Source: Candidatus Saccharimonadota bacterium (lineage in GTDB: Bacteria > Patescibacteriota > Saccharimonadia > Saccharimonadales > UBA10212). Taken from it: a stretch of 52,770 nucleotides of DNA. The stretch covers positions 1-52,770 of the forward strand of contig JAIFWC010000001.1 in assembly GCA_019662065.1 (NCBI GenBank). The letters are read 5' to 3'. Shown here piece after piece: positions 1 through 9,613 of the stretch. Each line of letters opens with the position of its first letter. The first letter of the stretch is position 1. Below the pieces are notes generated by a model, which worked only from the letters and a program-made list of their open reading frames with translations, was not told where the DNA came from and made no database searches. Position numbers and translations under genes: made by a program.

Positions 1-2203
1 GGGATGGCTCGGTCCAGCTAACCGGCGCAGTGTGCGCATTATCAATGGCGTAGGTCATCAAACCGCGGGTTAGTGGCGTAGTTAGGACCTCCATAGCTGT
101 AGCCAAGGTTTTGTTGCGGGTATGATAGCCAACCCAGCTGCCAACCGCATACCGAGCATTCCAGCTCATCATCAAGCCGTCAAAGTTGTCGTTAGTGGTA
201 CCGGTCTTGATAGCCGTTGTCCAGCCGCCATAACGATGCCATTTATAGAAGCCAGAAGCCAAATAACTGGCGCTAGGATCGGATGCCATGCTGTCGACAA
301 TATAGGCTGCATCTTGGCGAATTACCTGTGTTCCTTTAGGCTGCTTCCATTTATAAATCGTTTTATTAGACGCATTATCGACGCGCAAAATATAAGTGTT
401 CGGTATGGAATTGCCCAAGCGCGCCAGACTTGCCACCCCATTAATGTGCTGGTCTAGATGCAAATAGGCGCCATCACCTATGGCCGAGGAGCCATAACAC
501 TGCGATTCGTCTGTCGACTTAGCCTCGTTAACATCGACTCCCTGGTTATAACACTTATAGGCGCTGGGATAACCCATCAGGGCGTCGGCGGTGTTGATCA
601 CTTTATTGATGGAGTTAGTTCTGTTAGAGCTGGTATCGTTAGGGGACGCCGAGAGCATAGCTTTAACGGCTGGGATATTACGCGAACCACCTAGGGCGTA
701 GCGTAGGGTTATTGGGCCCGGGTTCCTAAAGTCATAATCATGCAAACAGTTTCCGCCTTTGGTGGCCTTATCGGTACACGGATAGCCCGGGATCGGTCCC
801 TGCTGGTCATAGAGCACCGAGCCGGCTCCGGCGTTGTTATTCTCTATAAATGTCGCATAATCATAGGGTTTAAAGCTTGACCCGGGAGAGATTTTTACAC
901 TATGGGCATAATTTAGTTTTCCGTGGTCAAGATCATCAAAATCGGTACCGCCGACCAAGGCTTGCATTTGGCCAGTTTTAACATCTTCGAGTACCAAAGC
1001 TGCCTCGTCAGCGCCGTTGCGGGTAATGTTGGCCCGATTGCTTTGGACCAACTGCTCGGCTTTGGTTTGGAAATTCATATCCAAAGTAGTGATGACCTTC
1101 CAGCCACCAACATTGGCACCAGATCCAGAATGTTTTTTATTAAGCTCGTCGCGGGCTGCTAACACGAAATATGGTGCCTTGATGCCGGCATATTTGGTCT
1201 GTTGGGGTTGGACTTGGGCCAGAACGTCGACTTTTTTGGCTTCTTCGGCTTGTTTTTTAGTAATCATACCCTGGGCGGCCATCGAATCCAGCACATAATG
1301 CTCACGGTCTAAAAACCCTTTTTGGTCAAAATAAGGGCTATATTTAGAATAATAAGCTGGCGACTTAGGGATGGCCGCCAAAAAAGCCGCCTGAGGCAGA
1401 GTTAGGTCCTTAGCATTTGTATGGAAGTAATCACTGGCTGCAGCTTGCACGCCGTAGTCTACACTGCCATAAGGAGCAGCATTCAAGTAGCTTTTGAGGA
1501 TATCGTCTTTGGTGTAGGTCCTCTCCAGCTCAACTGCCAGGATCAGCTCTTTAACTTTGAGGGCTACGCTGCGGCTTTGATTAAAATCATGGGTTAGCTT
1601 AACCAACTGTTGGGTAATAGTTGAGCCACCTTGGGTTCCACCTCGGTGGAAGATGTCAACAATCGCCGCCCGCAAAATGCCTTTGATGTCAAAGCCTCGG
1701 TGTTTGTAAAAATCTTTATCTTCTACAGCTACAGTGGCATCTTTTACATATTTAGAGATGTCCTTGGTATCGCTAACCGGTACTCGCTTTACAGCGTTAT
1801 AGTCTTGCCACAGCAGGGTTTGGCCACTGCGGTCATAATAGCTGATACTACCGCCCAAGTTGCTGCCAGATACATCGGTGATGCTTTTTAAATCTTTACG
1901 GAAATAAGCAAAGACGCCTAATGTTAGTATAAACATCGCCAAGATGACGATACCGGCCACTTTAAGGGCCATAATGCCACCATCGCGGCTAAACCAATAG
2001 GCCGCCAGGCGCTTAGGATGCGCTCGCCAAGCCAGCCGCTTAAGCCGCGCTTTAGGCAGTCCTCGCAAGCGGTTAACCTTACGCAGAGACTTGGCTTGTT
2101 TCATGGCCACATAACGCTCTCCGAGTGAGCGGTTTACCTTTAGCACCTTACCGCTCCTGGTAGTTACCGGGCGGCCAGATGAAGGCCTGGGGACTTTTTT
2201 CAT
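1..2203 (-). CDS. class A penicillin-binding protein (GT51 glycosyltransferase + transpeptidase); C-terminus runs off the window
   Basis: Absent from the ORF track because no stop lies in the window. My reverse-strand translation from ATG 2203-2201 gives MKKVPRPSSGRPV... and one TM helix (IMALKVAGIVILAMFILTLGVFAYF). GT51 motifs EDKDFYKHRGFD and GGSTITQQL are present. Transpeptidase motifs are SPGSSFKP (SxxK), GGSRN (SxN) and KTGTT. Confidence 0.9.
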   Translation of the reverse strand, partial: MKKVPRPSSGRPVTTRSGKVLKVNRSLGERYVAMKQAKSLRKVNRLRGLPKARLKRLAWRAHPKRLAAYWFSRDGGIMALKVAGIVILAMFILTLGVFAYFRKDLKSITDVSGSNLGGSISYYDRSGQTLLWQDYNAVKRVPVSDTKDISKYVKDATVAVEDKDFYKHRGFDIKGILRAAIVDIFHRGGTQGGSTITQQLVKLTHDFNQSRSVALKVKELILAVELERTYTKDDILKSYLNAAPYGSVDYGVQAAASDYFHTNAKDLTLPQAAFLAAIPKSPAYYSKYSPYFDQKGFLDREHYVLDSMAAQGMITKKQAEEAKKVDVLAQVQPQQTKYAGIKAPYFVLAARDELNKKHSGSGANVGGWKVITTLDMNFQTKAEQLVQSNRANITRNGADEAALVLEDVKTGQMQALVGGTDFDDLDHGKLNYAHSVKISPGSSFKPYDYATFIENNNAGAGSVLYDQQGPIPGYPCTDKATKGGNCLHDYDFRNPGPITLRYALGGSRNIPAVKAMLSASPNDTSSNRTNSINKVINTADALMGYPSAYKCYNQGVDVNEAKSTDESQCYGSSAIGDGAYLHLDQHINGVASLARLGNSIPNTYILRVDNASNKTIYKWKQPKGTQVIRQDAAYIVDSMASDPSASYLASGFYKWHRYGGWTTAIKTGTTNDNFDGLMMSWNARYAVGSWVGYHTRNKTLATAMEVLTTPLTRGLMTYAIDNAHTAPVSWTEPS

Positions 2204-2333
2204 TAAGTTATCTATACTCCACAGTTTCAGACTTATTATAGCAAAACGCTTGCGGGCAACTACAGTTAAATCGCCTAGCTTATTTCGGTTATACTATTAC
2301 TTAAGTAATGAAAATTATGCTGAGAAACAGCTT

Positions 2334-3581
2334 ATGAATTTGAGTGAAGACTTAGCTTGGCGCGGGTTAATTAAGGATAAAACCTTTGAGTCTGATAAGT
2401 GGTTGGACAAGCCGCGCAAGTTTTATCTGGGGATTGACGCCAGCAGTGACAGCCTGACTATCGGTAATTTGGCGGTAATTATGTTGGCCCGGCGCTTGGC
2501 CGAAGCCGGTTGGGCGGCTGTACTTTTGGCCGGCGGAGCCACCAGTTTAGTCGGCGACCCCGGTGGTAAGGATGAAGAACGTAATCTTAAGGCCAAGGCC
2601 GAAATCGCTAAAAACATTGACGGTGTCGAAGGCCAGATCGAGAAGTTATTTGCCGGCCAAAAACACCAAATGGTCAATAACTTAGATTGGCTGGGCGAGC
2701 TTAAATATTTGGACTTTTTAAGGGATGTCGGCAAGCACTACCCGATGAGCGAGCTAATGCAGCGCGAATTCGTCAATGCCCGGATGAATGAATCCGGCAG
2801 TGGTATCAGCTACGCTGAATTCAGCTACTCCCTATTGCAAGGCTACGATTTTTGGTGGCTATTCAATAATAAAGGTGTAGAAATGCAAATTGGCGCCTCA
2901 GATCAGTGGGGCAATATACTATCGGGCGTTGCCCTAATTCGTAAAAAGGAGGCTAAAGAGGTCCATGCCCTGTGCATGCCGCTAGTAATCAACAAAGCTA
3001 CTGGCAAGAAGTTTGGTAAAAGTGAATCCGGAGCCATTTGGCTGGATGCCAAACGGACCAGCCCTTACCGTTTTTATCAGTTTTGGTACAACATTGCCGA
3101 TGACGAGGTAGCTGATCACCTTAAAGTCTTTACACTAATTAAACATGAGGAATTTGAGCCATTAATAAAGCAGCAAGCAGCCAAGCCAGCCGAACGCATA
3201 GCCCAGAAAAAACTAGCTTATGAAGTCACCGCGCTGGTGCACGGTAACGACCAAGCTAAAAAACAAGAACATATCGCCCAAGCCCTATTCGGCGGTGGTG
3301 ATGTTAGTGAGCTTAATGATTCAGAGTTGGCCACAGTTCGTGAGGAGCTGCCTTCAGCGAAAGTCCAGCCCGGCACACCGGTGATCGAAGTACTGGTAAA
3401 GACCGGTTTGGCGAGTTCTAACTCTGAAGCCCGCCGCTTGGCTCAAAGCCAAGCCGTATATGTTGATAACCAAAGTTTTAACAAAGACCACCTAGAAGCT
3501 AACGACTTTAAACGTGGCCGGCTACTGCTGCGGCGCGGTAAAGCTTACAAAGATTCAGCCCTGGTTGAGCTGGCCCAGTAG
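2334..3581 (+). CDS. tyrS: tyrosyl-tRNA synthetase
   Basis: The track ORF is 2250..3581. It has KFGKSESG (KMSKS-type loop), a class Ic core (QIGASDQWGNI) and a C-terminal S4-like domain (SNSEARRLAQSQAVYVDN). I prefer ATG 2334 (MNLSEDLAWRGL) over the TTG at 2250; the start is uncertain. Confidence 0.9.
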   Translation: MNLSEDLAWRGLIKDKTFESDKWLDKPRKFYLGIDASSDSLTIGNLAVIMLARRLAEAGWAAVLLAGGATSLVGDPGGKDEERNLKAKAEIAKNIDGVEGQIEKLFAGQKHQMVNNLDWLGELKYLDFLRDVGKHYPMSELMQREFVNARMNESGSGISYAEFSYSLLQGYDFWWLFNNKGVEMQIGASDQWGNILSGVALIRKKEAKEVHALCMPLVINKATGKKFGKSESGAIWLDAKRTSPYRFYQFWYNIADDEVADHLKVFTLIKHEEFEPLIKQQAAKPAERIAQKKLAYEVTALVHGNDQAKKQEHIAQALFGGGDVSELNDSELATVREELPSAKVQPGTPVIEVLVKTGLASSNSEARRLAQSQAVYVDNQSFNKDHLEANDFKRGRLLLRRGKAYKDSALVELAQ

Positions 3582-3647
3582 TGCGCTTTCGCGAATAATT
3601 GCTTAGATAATTATTTAGCGGGGATTACGCGAAAGTCTACTACTGGG
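3574..3647 (+). other. three-tier composite hairpin spanning the tyrS stop codon (possible terminator/insulator, no U-tract)
   Basis: CCCAGTAGT (3574-3582) pairs with ACTACTGGG (3639-3647). CTTTCGCG (3586-3593) pairs with CGCGAAAG (3628-3635). AATAATT (3594-3600) pairs with AATTATT (3609-3615). Confidence 0.45.
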
Positions 3648-3664
3648 CTGGTATAATAACAGAT

Positions 3665-4438
3665 ATGGCTCGAGCTAAAACGACTAAAAAAGTCCGTAAG
3701 GCCAACCAATACGACGATCCTGGCTATAATTACCAGGATTACTGGCAGGGCCGAGATTATGAGCACGCTGCCGAAGAGCTGGCTATTAAACGCCTACTGC
3801 GTGGTAAAAAATTTAAGCATGCGGTCGATGTCGGCGGCGGTTACGGGCGCTTGAGTAAATTTTTAACTAAATTTGCCGATAAAGTGACTTTAGCCGAGCC
3901 CAGCCAGCAACAACTCGATATCGCCAGAATTTATCTGAAGGACACTAAAGCCGTCGCCCAAAAGCTTGTACAGGCCGCCGATTTAAAGATGAAAGACGGC
4001 GCGGCTGATCTGGTGCTGGTAGTCCGGATTTTGCACCATTTGCCGGACCCCTTGCCGGAGTTTAAAGAGATATCCAGGGTGCTAAAGCCGGGCGGCACCT
4101 TTTTGCTGGAGTTTGCTAATGACGCCCACTTTTTAAACCGCATCCGCTATGGTATTAGGGGTAAAAGAGTGCCACGCACGCCAGTTGATATCCGCAGCGA
4201 GAATAATAGAAGCAACGAACTGGCCTTTGTGAACCACCATCCTAAAGTGATTATCGAAAAACTCCAAGCAGCCGGCTTTGAGCTAGAAGCCACACTGTCC
4301 GGCTCTAACCTGCGCTCGCCAACCCTTAAGCGAATCTTCGGTAAAAAACCGCTGTTAGCTGTCGAAAAGGTCATGCAACCACTGCTGGCACCAATTTACT
4401 TTGGACCATCAGTCTGGCTCCGCTTACGCAAGAAATAA
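3665..4438 (+). CDS. class I SAM-dependent methyltransferase
   Basis: VDVGGGYGRLS (SAM motif I) and LKPGGTFLLEF are present. TATAAT at 3652-3657 lies 7 nt upstream of the ATG. Confidence 0.8.
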   Translation: MARAKTTKKVRKANQYDDPGYNYQDYWQGRDYEHAAEELAIKRLLRGKKFKHAVDVGGGYGRLSKFLTKFADKVTLAEPSQQQLDIARIYLKDTKAVAQKLVQAADLKMKDGAADLVLVVRILHHLPDPLPEFKEISRVLKPGGTFLLEFANDAHFLNRIRYGIRGKRVPRTPVDIRSENNRSNELAFVNHHPKVIIEKLQAAGFELEATLSGSNLRSPTLKRIFGKKPLLAVEKVMQPLLAPIYFGPSVWLRLRKK

Positions 4439-4460
4439 ATCATCTATACTGTCTAGTTAG

Positions 4461-6497
4461 ATGGAGTTAGATAGTCCGGTTACGGATTTAAAAGGCGTGG
4501 GTGATGAACTGGCTAAAAAGTTGGCAATTGTTGGTGTAAAAACGGTCGGTGATTTAGTCGAAAACTTCCCTCGGCGCTATGAAGATTATTCTAAGGTAGT
4601 GCCGATCAAGGACCTGCGGCCTGGGGTGGTGACAATTGAGGCTAAAATTAGCTCGGCGAGCGGCCGCTACGTGCGGCGTGGTATGCATATCACAGAGGCG
4701 ATTGCTTCGGATGAGACCGCCAGCGTTAGATTAGTTTGGTTCAACCAGCCCTACCGGGCGGCCGCTATAAAGGCCGGCCAAGATTATTACATTGCCGGCG
4801 AATATGCGCTGCGTCGCAGCCGCTTTAGCATTGCCAATCCGTCAGTTGAGCTAGTCAGCGATTTTCCGGTCAATACAGCCAGGATAGTTCCGGTTTACCG
4901 CGAAACCAAAGGTCTAAAGTCTAATCAAATCCGGCGTCTGCTCAGAGAGGCCATAATCAATGCCAAAAATTTGCCAGAGCATCTACCAAAATGGCTAATT
5001 GTGGCTCAAAAGCTGACAGATTACACTTCGGCCGTCACCGAAATTCATTTCCCAAGTTCTGCTAAAAGCCTGGAGTCTGCCAAAAAGCGATTAGCATTTG
5101 AGGAAGTTTTTGAATTAACTCTCGCCGCACTGTTAAACAAGCAGGATGTCGCTCACGAAAAGGGCCTAAAAATTGCCTTTAAAGAGCAGCTGGCCAGAGA
5201 TTTTGTAGCCAGGCTGCCATTTAAACTTACCAGCGCCCAGCGCAAAGCCGTCTGGCAAATCTACCAGGATATGGCTAAGAGCCAACCCATGAACCGGTTG
5301 CTAGAAGGCGATGTCGGTTCGGGCAAGACGGTTGTAGCTGCCATGGTGGCGGTGATGGCCATAGAGCAGGGGTTCCAAGCGGCCTTAATGGCGCCAACCG
5401 AAATCCTGGCCCGCCAGCACGCCGAGACATTACTTAACTTGTTAAGCAATGTTGGTTACGGTGAACAAGTTGGGTTACTGTTAGGCAGCCTTAACCTGGC
5501 CCAAAAAAGATTAGCCCAGCAAAAAGTGGCTGATGGCAGTATTAAATTAATTGTCGGTACCCACGCTCTGATTGCCGAAAAGGTTGATATGCATAAACTT
5601 GGCTTAATTATCATCGACGAACAGCACCGGTTTGGGGTTGGACAGCGTAAGAAACTGCAGGCTAAGGCTGGCCATATGCCGCATGTTCTGCACATGACGG
5701 CCACGCCAATTCCGCGCAGCTTGGCCTTAACCCTTTATGGAGAACTGGACATTTCGATTCTGGATGAGTTGCCGCCCGGGCGCCAAGATATTAAAACTAA
5801 GATTTGCTCGCCCAATTCCAGAACTGAACTTTATAAACAAATCGATAAAGAGCTGGCAACCGGCCGCCAGATGTTCGTGGTCTGTCCGTTAATAATAGAT
5901 AGTGAGACCAGTCAGGGGCTGTCGGTCGAAGAAGTTCACAGGCAGCTTTCGGAGCATGATTTCAAACATCGCAAGGTAGCTTTGTTGCATGGCAAAATGA
6001 AGTCAATGGATAAAGAGAAAGTGGTGGCGGATTTCTTGGCTAAAAAATACGATATTTTAGTCAGTACCACCGTTATTGAAGTCGGGGTCGATGTGCCCAA
6101 TGCCTCAATTATGCTGATTATGGGCGCTGAGCGGTTTGGGCTAGCTCAGATTCACCAGTTACGGGGTCGGGTCGGCCGTGGAGCCCACCAGAGCTACTGC
6201 TTTTTGATGCTTAGTGACAGCAAGGCGCCGCTTCAGCGTCTGCGGGCGTTAGAAAATACGACGGATGGCTTTAAGTTGGCCGAACTAGATTTGAATTTGC
6301 GCGGCCCTGGCGCCATATACGGGACGCTGCAGCACGGCGCACTGGATTTACGGATAGCCAAATTAACAGATATCCAATTAATCGCTTCAGCCCGGGCCGC
6401 CGCCCAAACCTTCATTGATAAAAACGAAAAGCTGAATAAATATCCACACCTTGACGCCAGAATATCGGCTTTGCGTGCCGTAACCAACCTGAACTAA
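4461..6497 (+). CDS. recG: ATP-dependent DNA helicase RecG
   Basis: 678 aa with Walker A GDVGSGKT, IIDEQHRFG, helicase motif VI QLRGRVGRG and an N-terminal wedge/OB region. Confidence 0.92.
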   Translation: MELDSPVTDLKGVGDELAKKLAIVGVKTVGDLVENFPRRYEDYSKVVPIKDLRPGVVTIEAKISSASGRYVRRGMHITEAIASDETASVRLVWFNQPYRAAAIKAGQDYYIAGEYALRRSRFSIANPSVELVSDFPVNTARIVPVYRETKGLKSNQIRRLLREAIINAKNLPEHLPKWLIVAQKLTDYTSAVTEIHFPSSAKSLESAKKRLAFEEVFELTLAALLNKQDVAHEKGLKIAFKEQLARDFVARLPFKLTSAQRKAVWQIYQDMAKSQPMNRLLEGDVGSGKTVVAAMVAVMAIEQGFQAALMAPTEILARQHAETLLNLLSNVGYGEQVGLLLGSLNLAQKRLAQQKVADGSIKLIVGTHALIAEKVDMHKLGLIIIDEQHRFGVGQRKKLQAKAGHMPHVLHMTATPIPRSLALTLYGELDISILDELPPGRQDIKTKICSPNSRTELYKQIDKELATGRQMFVVCPLIIDSETSQGLSVEEVHRQLSEHDFKHRKVALLHGKMKSMDKEKVVADFLAKKYDILVSTTVIEVGVDVPNASIMLIMGAERFGLAQIHQLRGRVGRGAHQSYCFLMLSDSKAPLQRLRALENTTDGFKLAELDLNLRGPGAIYGTLQHGALDLRIAKLTDIQLIASARAAAQTFIDKNEKLNKYPHLDARISALRAVTNLN

Positions 6498-6506
6498 AAT
6501 AAAGTT

Positions 6507-7037
6507 ATGAGAATTATCGCTGGCACTTTAAAGAACCGTGAGTTTAAGAGTCCGCGCGGCCATAAAACCCACCCTATGAGTGATAAAGTCCGGGGCTCGT
6601 TATTTAATATCCTGGGCGACATCGAGGGGTTAAGTTTTTTAGACGCCTTTGCTGGCAGCGGAGCCTTGGCTTTTGAAGCCGCGAGCCGTGGTGCCCAATC
6701 TGTAATTACCATAGACAAAGACACTTCGGCGCATAAAACTCTGGACCAAAATATCAAAATTTTAGGATTTAAGAACGTAAAATCAATTAAGGCTAATGCC
6801 GGTGGCTGGAGTATCCACAATATGGAAAAACAGTTCGATATCGTCTTACTCGACCCGCCTTATGAAGATCTGCAACCTAACTTAATGCAAAGACTAGTCA
6901 GACGCCATGTTAAGCCTGGCGGGCTGGTAGTCCTATCGTATCCCAGCCGGGCCGAGGTGCCCGAGTTTGAAAAGACTGAGATTGCGGCCACTAAAAACTA
7001 CGGCGACGCCCAGCTGGTCTTTTACCGCAAAACTTAA
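6507..7037 (+). CDS. rsmD: 16S rRNA (guanine966-N2)-methyltransferase RsmD family
   Basis: 176 aa with LDAFAGSGALAFEAASRGA and the LDPPY motif. Confidence 0.85.
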   Translation: MRIIAGTLKNREFKSPRGHKTHPMSDKVRGSLFNILGDIEGLSFLDAFAGSGALAFEAASRGAQSVITIDKDTSAHKTLDQNIKILGFKNVKSIKANAGGWSIHNMEKQFDIVLLDPPYEDLQPNLMQRLVRRHVKPGGLVVLSYPSRAEVPEFEKTEIAATKNYGDAQLVFYRKT

Positions 7038-7447
7038 TTAGCTACACCTGACCACTGGGCTACTACTACCCAACGGCTGCCTGATAAAATTGAAGCCTTA
7101 ACAAAATAAGTGCCAGGACCGACTAGGTTAGCGGTATAGCTAAGGCTGCCAGTACTATCAGCTACGCGGTTAGTGGCGCTGCAGCAGCCATTGGCTTCAC
7201 CAATCGATAATGCTACTAATTGACCAGGTGTAAAGCCCTTACCGGCTACGCCATAGGTTGTATCAGTAATTGTGCCAGTCAATGTCTGTCCGGACGGTTT
7301 AACGTGGCCACCACCTTTATTTGCCGGGGCAGCGTAGCTTTGCCAAATTGCCACAGCGCCAACTGCCGCAAATGCCAAAACAAATAAGAGTATCTGGACT
7401 CCCGAGAACGATTTTTTGGTTTTTAAGAAACTTTGTTTTTTAGCCAT
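7034..7447 (-). CDS. small secreted/membrane-anchored hypothetical protein
   Basis: The track ORF is 7034..7513. ATG 7447 (MAKKQSFLKTKK...) follows AAGGAAG and is followed by a signal-anchor helix (VQILLFVLAFAAVGAVAIW). The rest is Gly/Thr/Ser-rich and beta-like. Its stop shares the TTAA at 7034-7037 with the rsmD stop. Confidence 0.6.
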   Translation of the reverse strand: MAKKQSFLKTKKSFSGVQILLFVLAFAAVGAVAIWQSYAAPANKGGGHVKPSGQTLTGTITDTTYGVAGKGFTPGQLVALSIGEANGCCSATNRVADSTGSLSYTANLVGPGTYFVKASILSGSRWVVVAQWSGVAN

Positions 7448-7592
7448 TTTACTTCCTTTAATTATTGCTTTAATCATCCTTCTACTGCCTGTTTTTGTCA
7501 AAGGGTTATACACAGAGGTGAAATTATCAAACGGTAACTACCCTTCTAGTCTTTTAAGCCAAAATCCAGTAAAATACCTCTGTTAATCACTT

Positions 7593-7677
7593 GGGTGAGT
7601 GGTGGAATTGGTAGACACGCTAGCCTTAGGAGCTAGTGCCGCAAGGCGTGGAGGTTCGAGTCCTCTCTTACCCACCA
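7593..7677 (+). tRNA. tRNA-Leu (anticodon UAG), CCA encoded
   Basis: Acceptor GGGTGAG pairs with CTTACCC. The anticodon arm is CTAGC-CTTAGGA-GCTAG. A long variable arm, a GGTTCGAGTCC T-loop and a 3' ACCA are present. Confidence 0.93.
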
Positions 7678-7692
7678 AAAGAAGGAACAAAG

Positions 7693-8889
7693 ATGCTAGA
7701 TACTGCACAGAAGTTAATCAGAAAGACTGGCAAAAAACTCGGACTTAGCAACGAGCAAGTCGAGGAACTTATAAATACTGACGCTGAGCATAATTTTGAA
7801 ATACAGCTGTCTGATGGCAGTAACTACAAAGCTTACCGTGTACAACACAATAATAGGCGCGGCCCGTACAAAGGTGGTATCCGGTTTCACCCTCAAGTTG
7901 ACTATGATGAGGTGAGGGCATTGGCCACACTGATGAGCTTTAAAACGGCCGTCGCCGGCATACCGATGGGTGGTAGCAAGGGAGGTGTCAGCGTTGACCC
8001 CAGGCAGCTATCTAAAGAGGCCTTAGAGGAGCTGTCTCGCAAATATGTCCGGGGCTTAAAAGACCATATCGGCCCGGATAAGGATGTGCCAGCGCCGGAT
8101 GTAAATACCAACGCTCAAATCATTGACTGGATGGTGGATGAGTATGAAAAGCTGAGTGGCGACAAAACCAAAGCCAGCTTTACCGGCAAAAGCCTAGAAA
8201 ATGGCGGTAGCCTGGGGCGCGATGCCGCGACCGGCCGCGGTGGAATAATCGTCCTGCGTGAAATACTTAACAAGTTAAGTATTTCTGGTCCGGTTACGAT
8301 TGCCCTGCAGGGCTGGGGTAATGTCGGTTCTTTCTTTGCTCTGGTAGCTGAGCAAGAGCAACCCGATTGGAAATTGGTGGCCGCTACCGACTCCAGCGGC
8401 GGAATATATAATCCAGAAGGACTTTCCGCCAAAGAGTTAAATAACCATAAGAAAACTGGCGGCAAACTGGCTGAGCTTAAGTTAGGCAAGAGCATTAGCA
8501 ACGAACACTTGATCGGTTTAGAGGTTGATGTATTAATACTGGCGGCTTTAGAGGATGCTGTGAGTGACAAAAACGCCGATGCTCTCAAAGCTAAGCTTGT
8601 ATTAGAGCTGGCCAACGGCCCTATAACTTACGAAGGATACGAAAAGATGGCTGCTAAAGGAATCCATGTAGTTCCGGATATATTAGCCAACTCTGGGGGA
8701 GTAATAGTTAGCTATCTGGAATGGTTGCAGAACAAAAACCACGAGCATTGGAGCGAGGAAAAAGTTAATAAGGAGCTTGAGAATTACTTAGTAAAGGCTA
8801 CCGATGAGGTTTATGAAAGTATGAAGAAGCACAACCTAACACTTAAAGAAGCAGCTTTTGCGGTAGCGATTTCTAGGCTAGTTTCTTAA
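7693..8889 (+). CDS. gdh: NAD(P)-dependent glutamate dehydrogenase (Glu/Leu/Phe/Val dehydrogenase family)
   Basis: KGGIRFHP, GGSKGG and GWGNVG (Rossmann) are present. The track start at 7636 lies inside the tRNA. ATG 7693 follows GAAGGAA. Confidence 0.9.
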   Translation: MLDTAQKLIRKTGKKLGLSNEQVEELINTDAEHNFEIQLSDGSNYKAYRVQHNNRRGPYKGGIRFHPQVDYDEVRALATLMSFKTAVAGIPMGGSKGGVSVDPRQLSKEALEELSRKYVRGLKDHIGPDKDVPAPDVNTNAQIIDWMVDEYEKLSGDKTKASFTGKSLENGGSLGRDAATGRGGIIVLREILNKLSISGPVTIALQGWGNVGSFFALVAEQEQPDWKLVAATDSSGGIYNPEGLSAKELNNHKKTGGKLAELKLGKSISNEHLIGLEVDVLILAALEDAVSDKNADALKAKLVLELANGPITYEGYEKMAAKGIHVVPDILANSGGVIVSYLEWLQNKNHEHWSEEKVNKELENYLVKATDEVYESMKKHNLTLKEAAFAVAISRLVS

Positions 8890-9613
8890 GCTGCTGATAA
8901 CGCAGTGCCGGTGCTACTGAATACAGCGCCCCGAACCCAAAAGACGCTAAACCGCCGATAATAGGGATAATATTCAGCATGCCGATTAGCAGCATTACAC
9001 CTAAAATTCCCCAGATTGAGCCAGTGTTAATTTTGCTTAAAGCAGCGCTGCGGTCCATGGCTTCACGAATGCCGACTTTTTGGTCAAGCATTACATATGG
9101 CGCCAAGAAATAACGTCTTATCATAATCAAACCGGGAATAATTAATAGAAATAGGCCAACTACTACAATCAGACCAACGACAATATAAAGCCCCAGCATC
9201 CGCCAACCCAGCTCTTTAACCACTTTCCATAAATTATGGAAATCGAGATGCTTGCCTTCGGCTGCCTCCAGCTGGGCGGCTTGGGACATAATCTGGGCGA
9301 TTGTACCAAGTGCCGCAATTATTACAAACCACATTAGCGAAAAACCAACAACTAAAAATGTGCTATAAGTTGGCAGCGGGCCACCGGGCCAGCCGGAGCT
9401 AAAACTCCTGGAATTTTGCCACCAATGCACCGGCTGGTTTGGCAGCGGCGACCATATCCAACTGTGAATCCAAAAAATAAACGGCACCGCGTATAGCGGG
9501 CCAAAGATCCAGATATTATTAATGACGATTTCTTTACTAGGCCTAAATAAGTCAAAGGCGCTGGGCAGGTGTAGGGGCGAATTCCTCCGGGCGCGGCGAC
9601 TGGTTCTAGCCAT
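8873..9613 (-). CDS. multi-pass membrane protein, paralog 2 of a tandem pair
   Basis: 246 aa with several TM helices. It shares ...LAPYV.LDQ... and a C-terminal LRYQQLKK with the upstream paralog. Confidence 0.7.
   Translation of the reverse strand: MARTSRRARRNSPLHLPSAFDLFRPSKEIVINNIWIFGPLYAVPFIFWIHSWIWSPLPNQPVHWWQNSRSFSSGWPGGPLPTYSTFLVVGFSLMWFVIIAALGTIAQIMSQAAQLEAAEGKHLDFHNLWKVVKELGWRMLGLYIVVGLIVVVGLFLLIIPGLIMIRRYFLAPYVMLDQKVGIREAMDRSAALSKINTGSIWGILGVMLLIGMLNIIPIIGGLASFGFGALYSVAPALRYQQLKKLA

Noticed and set aside
122-1891. Several + strand ORFs (122..457, 458..694, 923..1162, 1017..1298, 1631..1891).
   Set aside because: All lie antisense to the minus-strand class A PBP, whose translation shows every canonical GT51 and transpeptidase motif.
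2250-2333. 28-codon N-terminal extension of tyrS from TTG 2250. Analogous upstream extensions occur at 12911, 38331, 40771, 45572 and 31817.
   Set aside because: These extensions overlap the preceding gene or add non-conserved residues. Downstream ATG codons coincide with the canonical N-termini. TTG 2250 does lie 10 nt after a TATTAT box, so it is not fully excluded.
2204-2333. T-box or other riboswitch leaders upstream of tyrS, hisS (10299-10367) and trpS (48774-48824).
   Set aside because: The upstream regions are too short (about 40-130 nt) and lack the specifier and antiterminator architecture. -10 boxes sit within about 10 nt of the hisS and trpS starts.
7636-7692. Track start of the gdh ORF at 7636 (MPQGVEVRVLSYPPKEGTK...).
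   Set aside because: This segment is the 3' half of tRNA-Leu read as protein. The real start is ATG 7693, which has its own SD.
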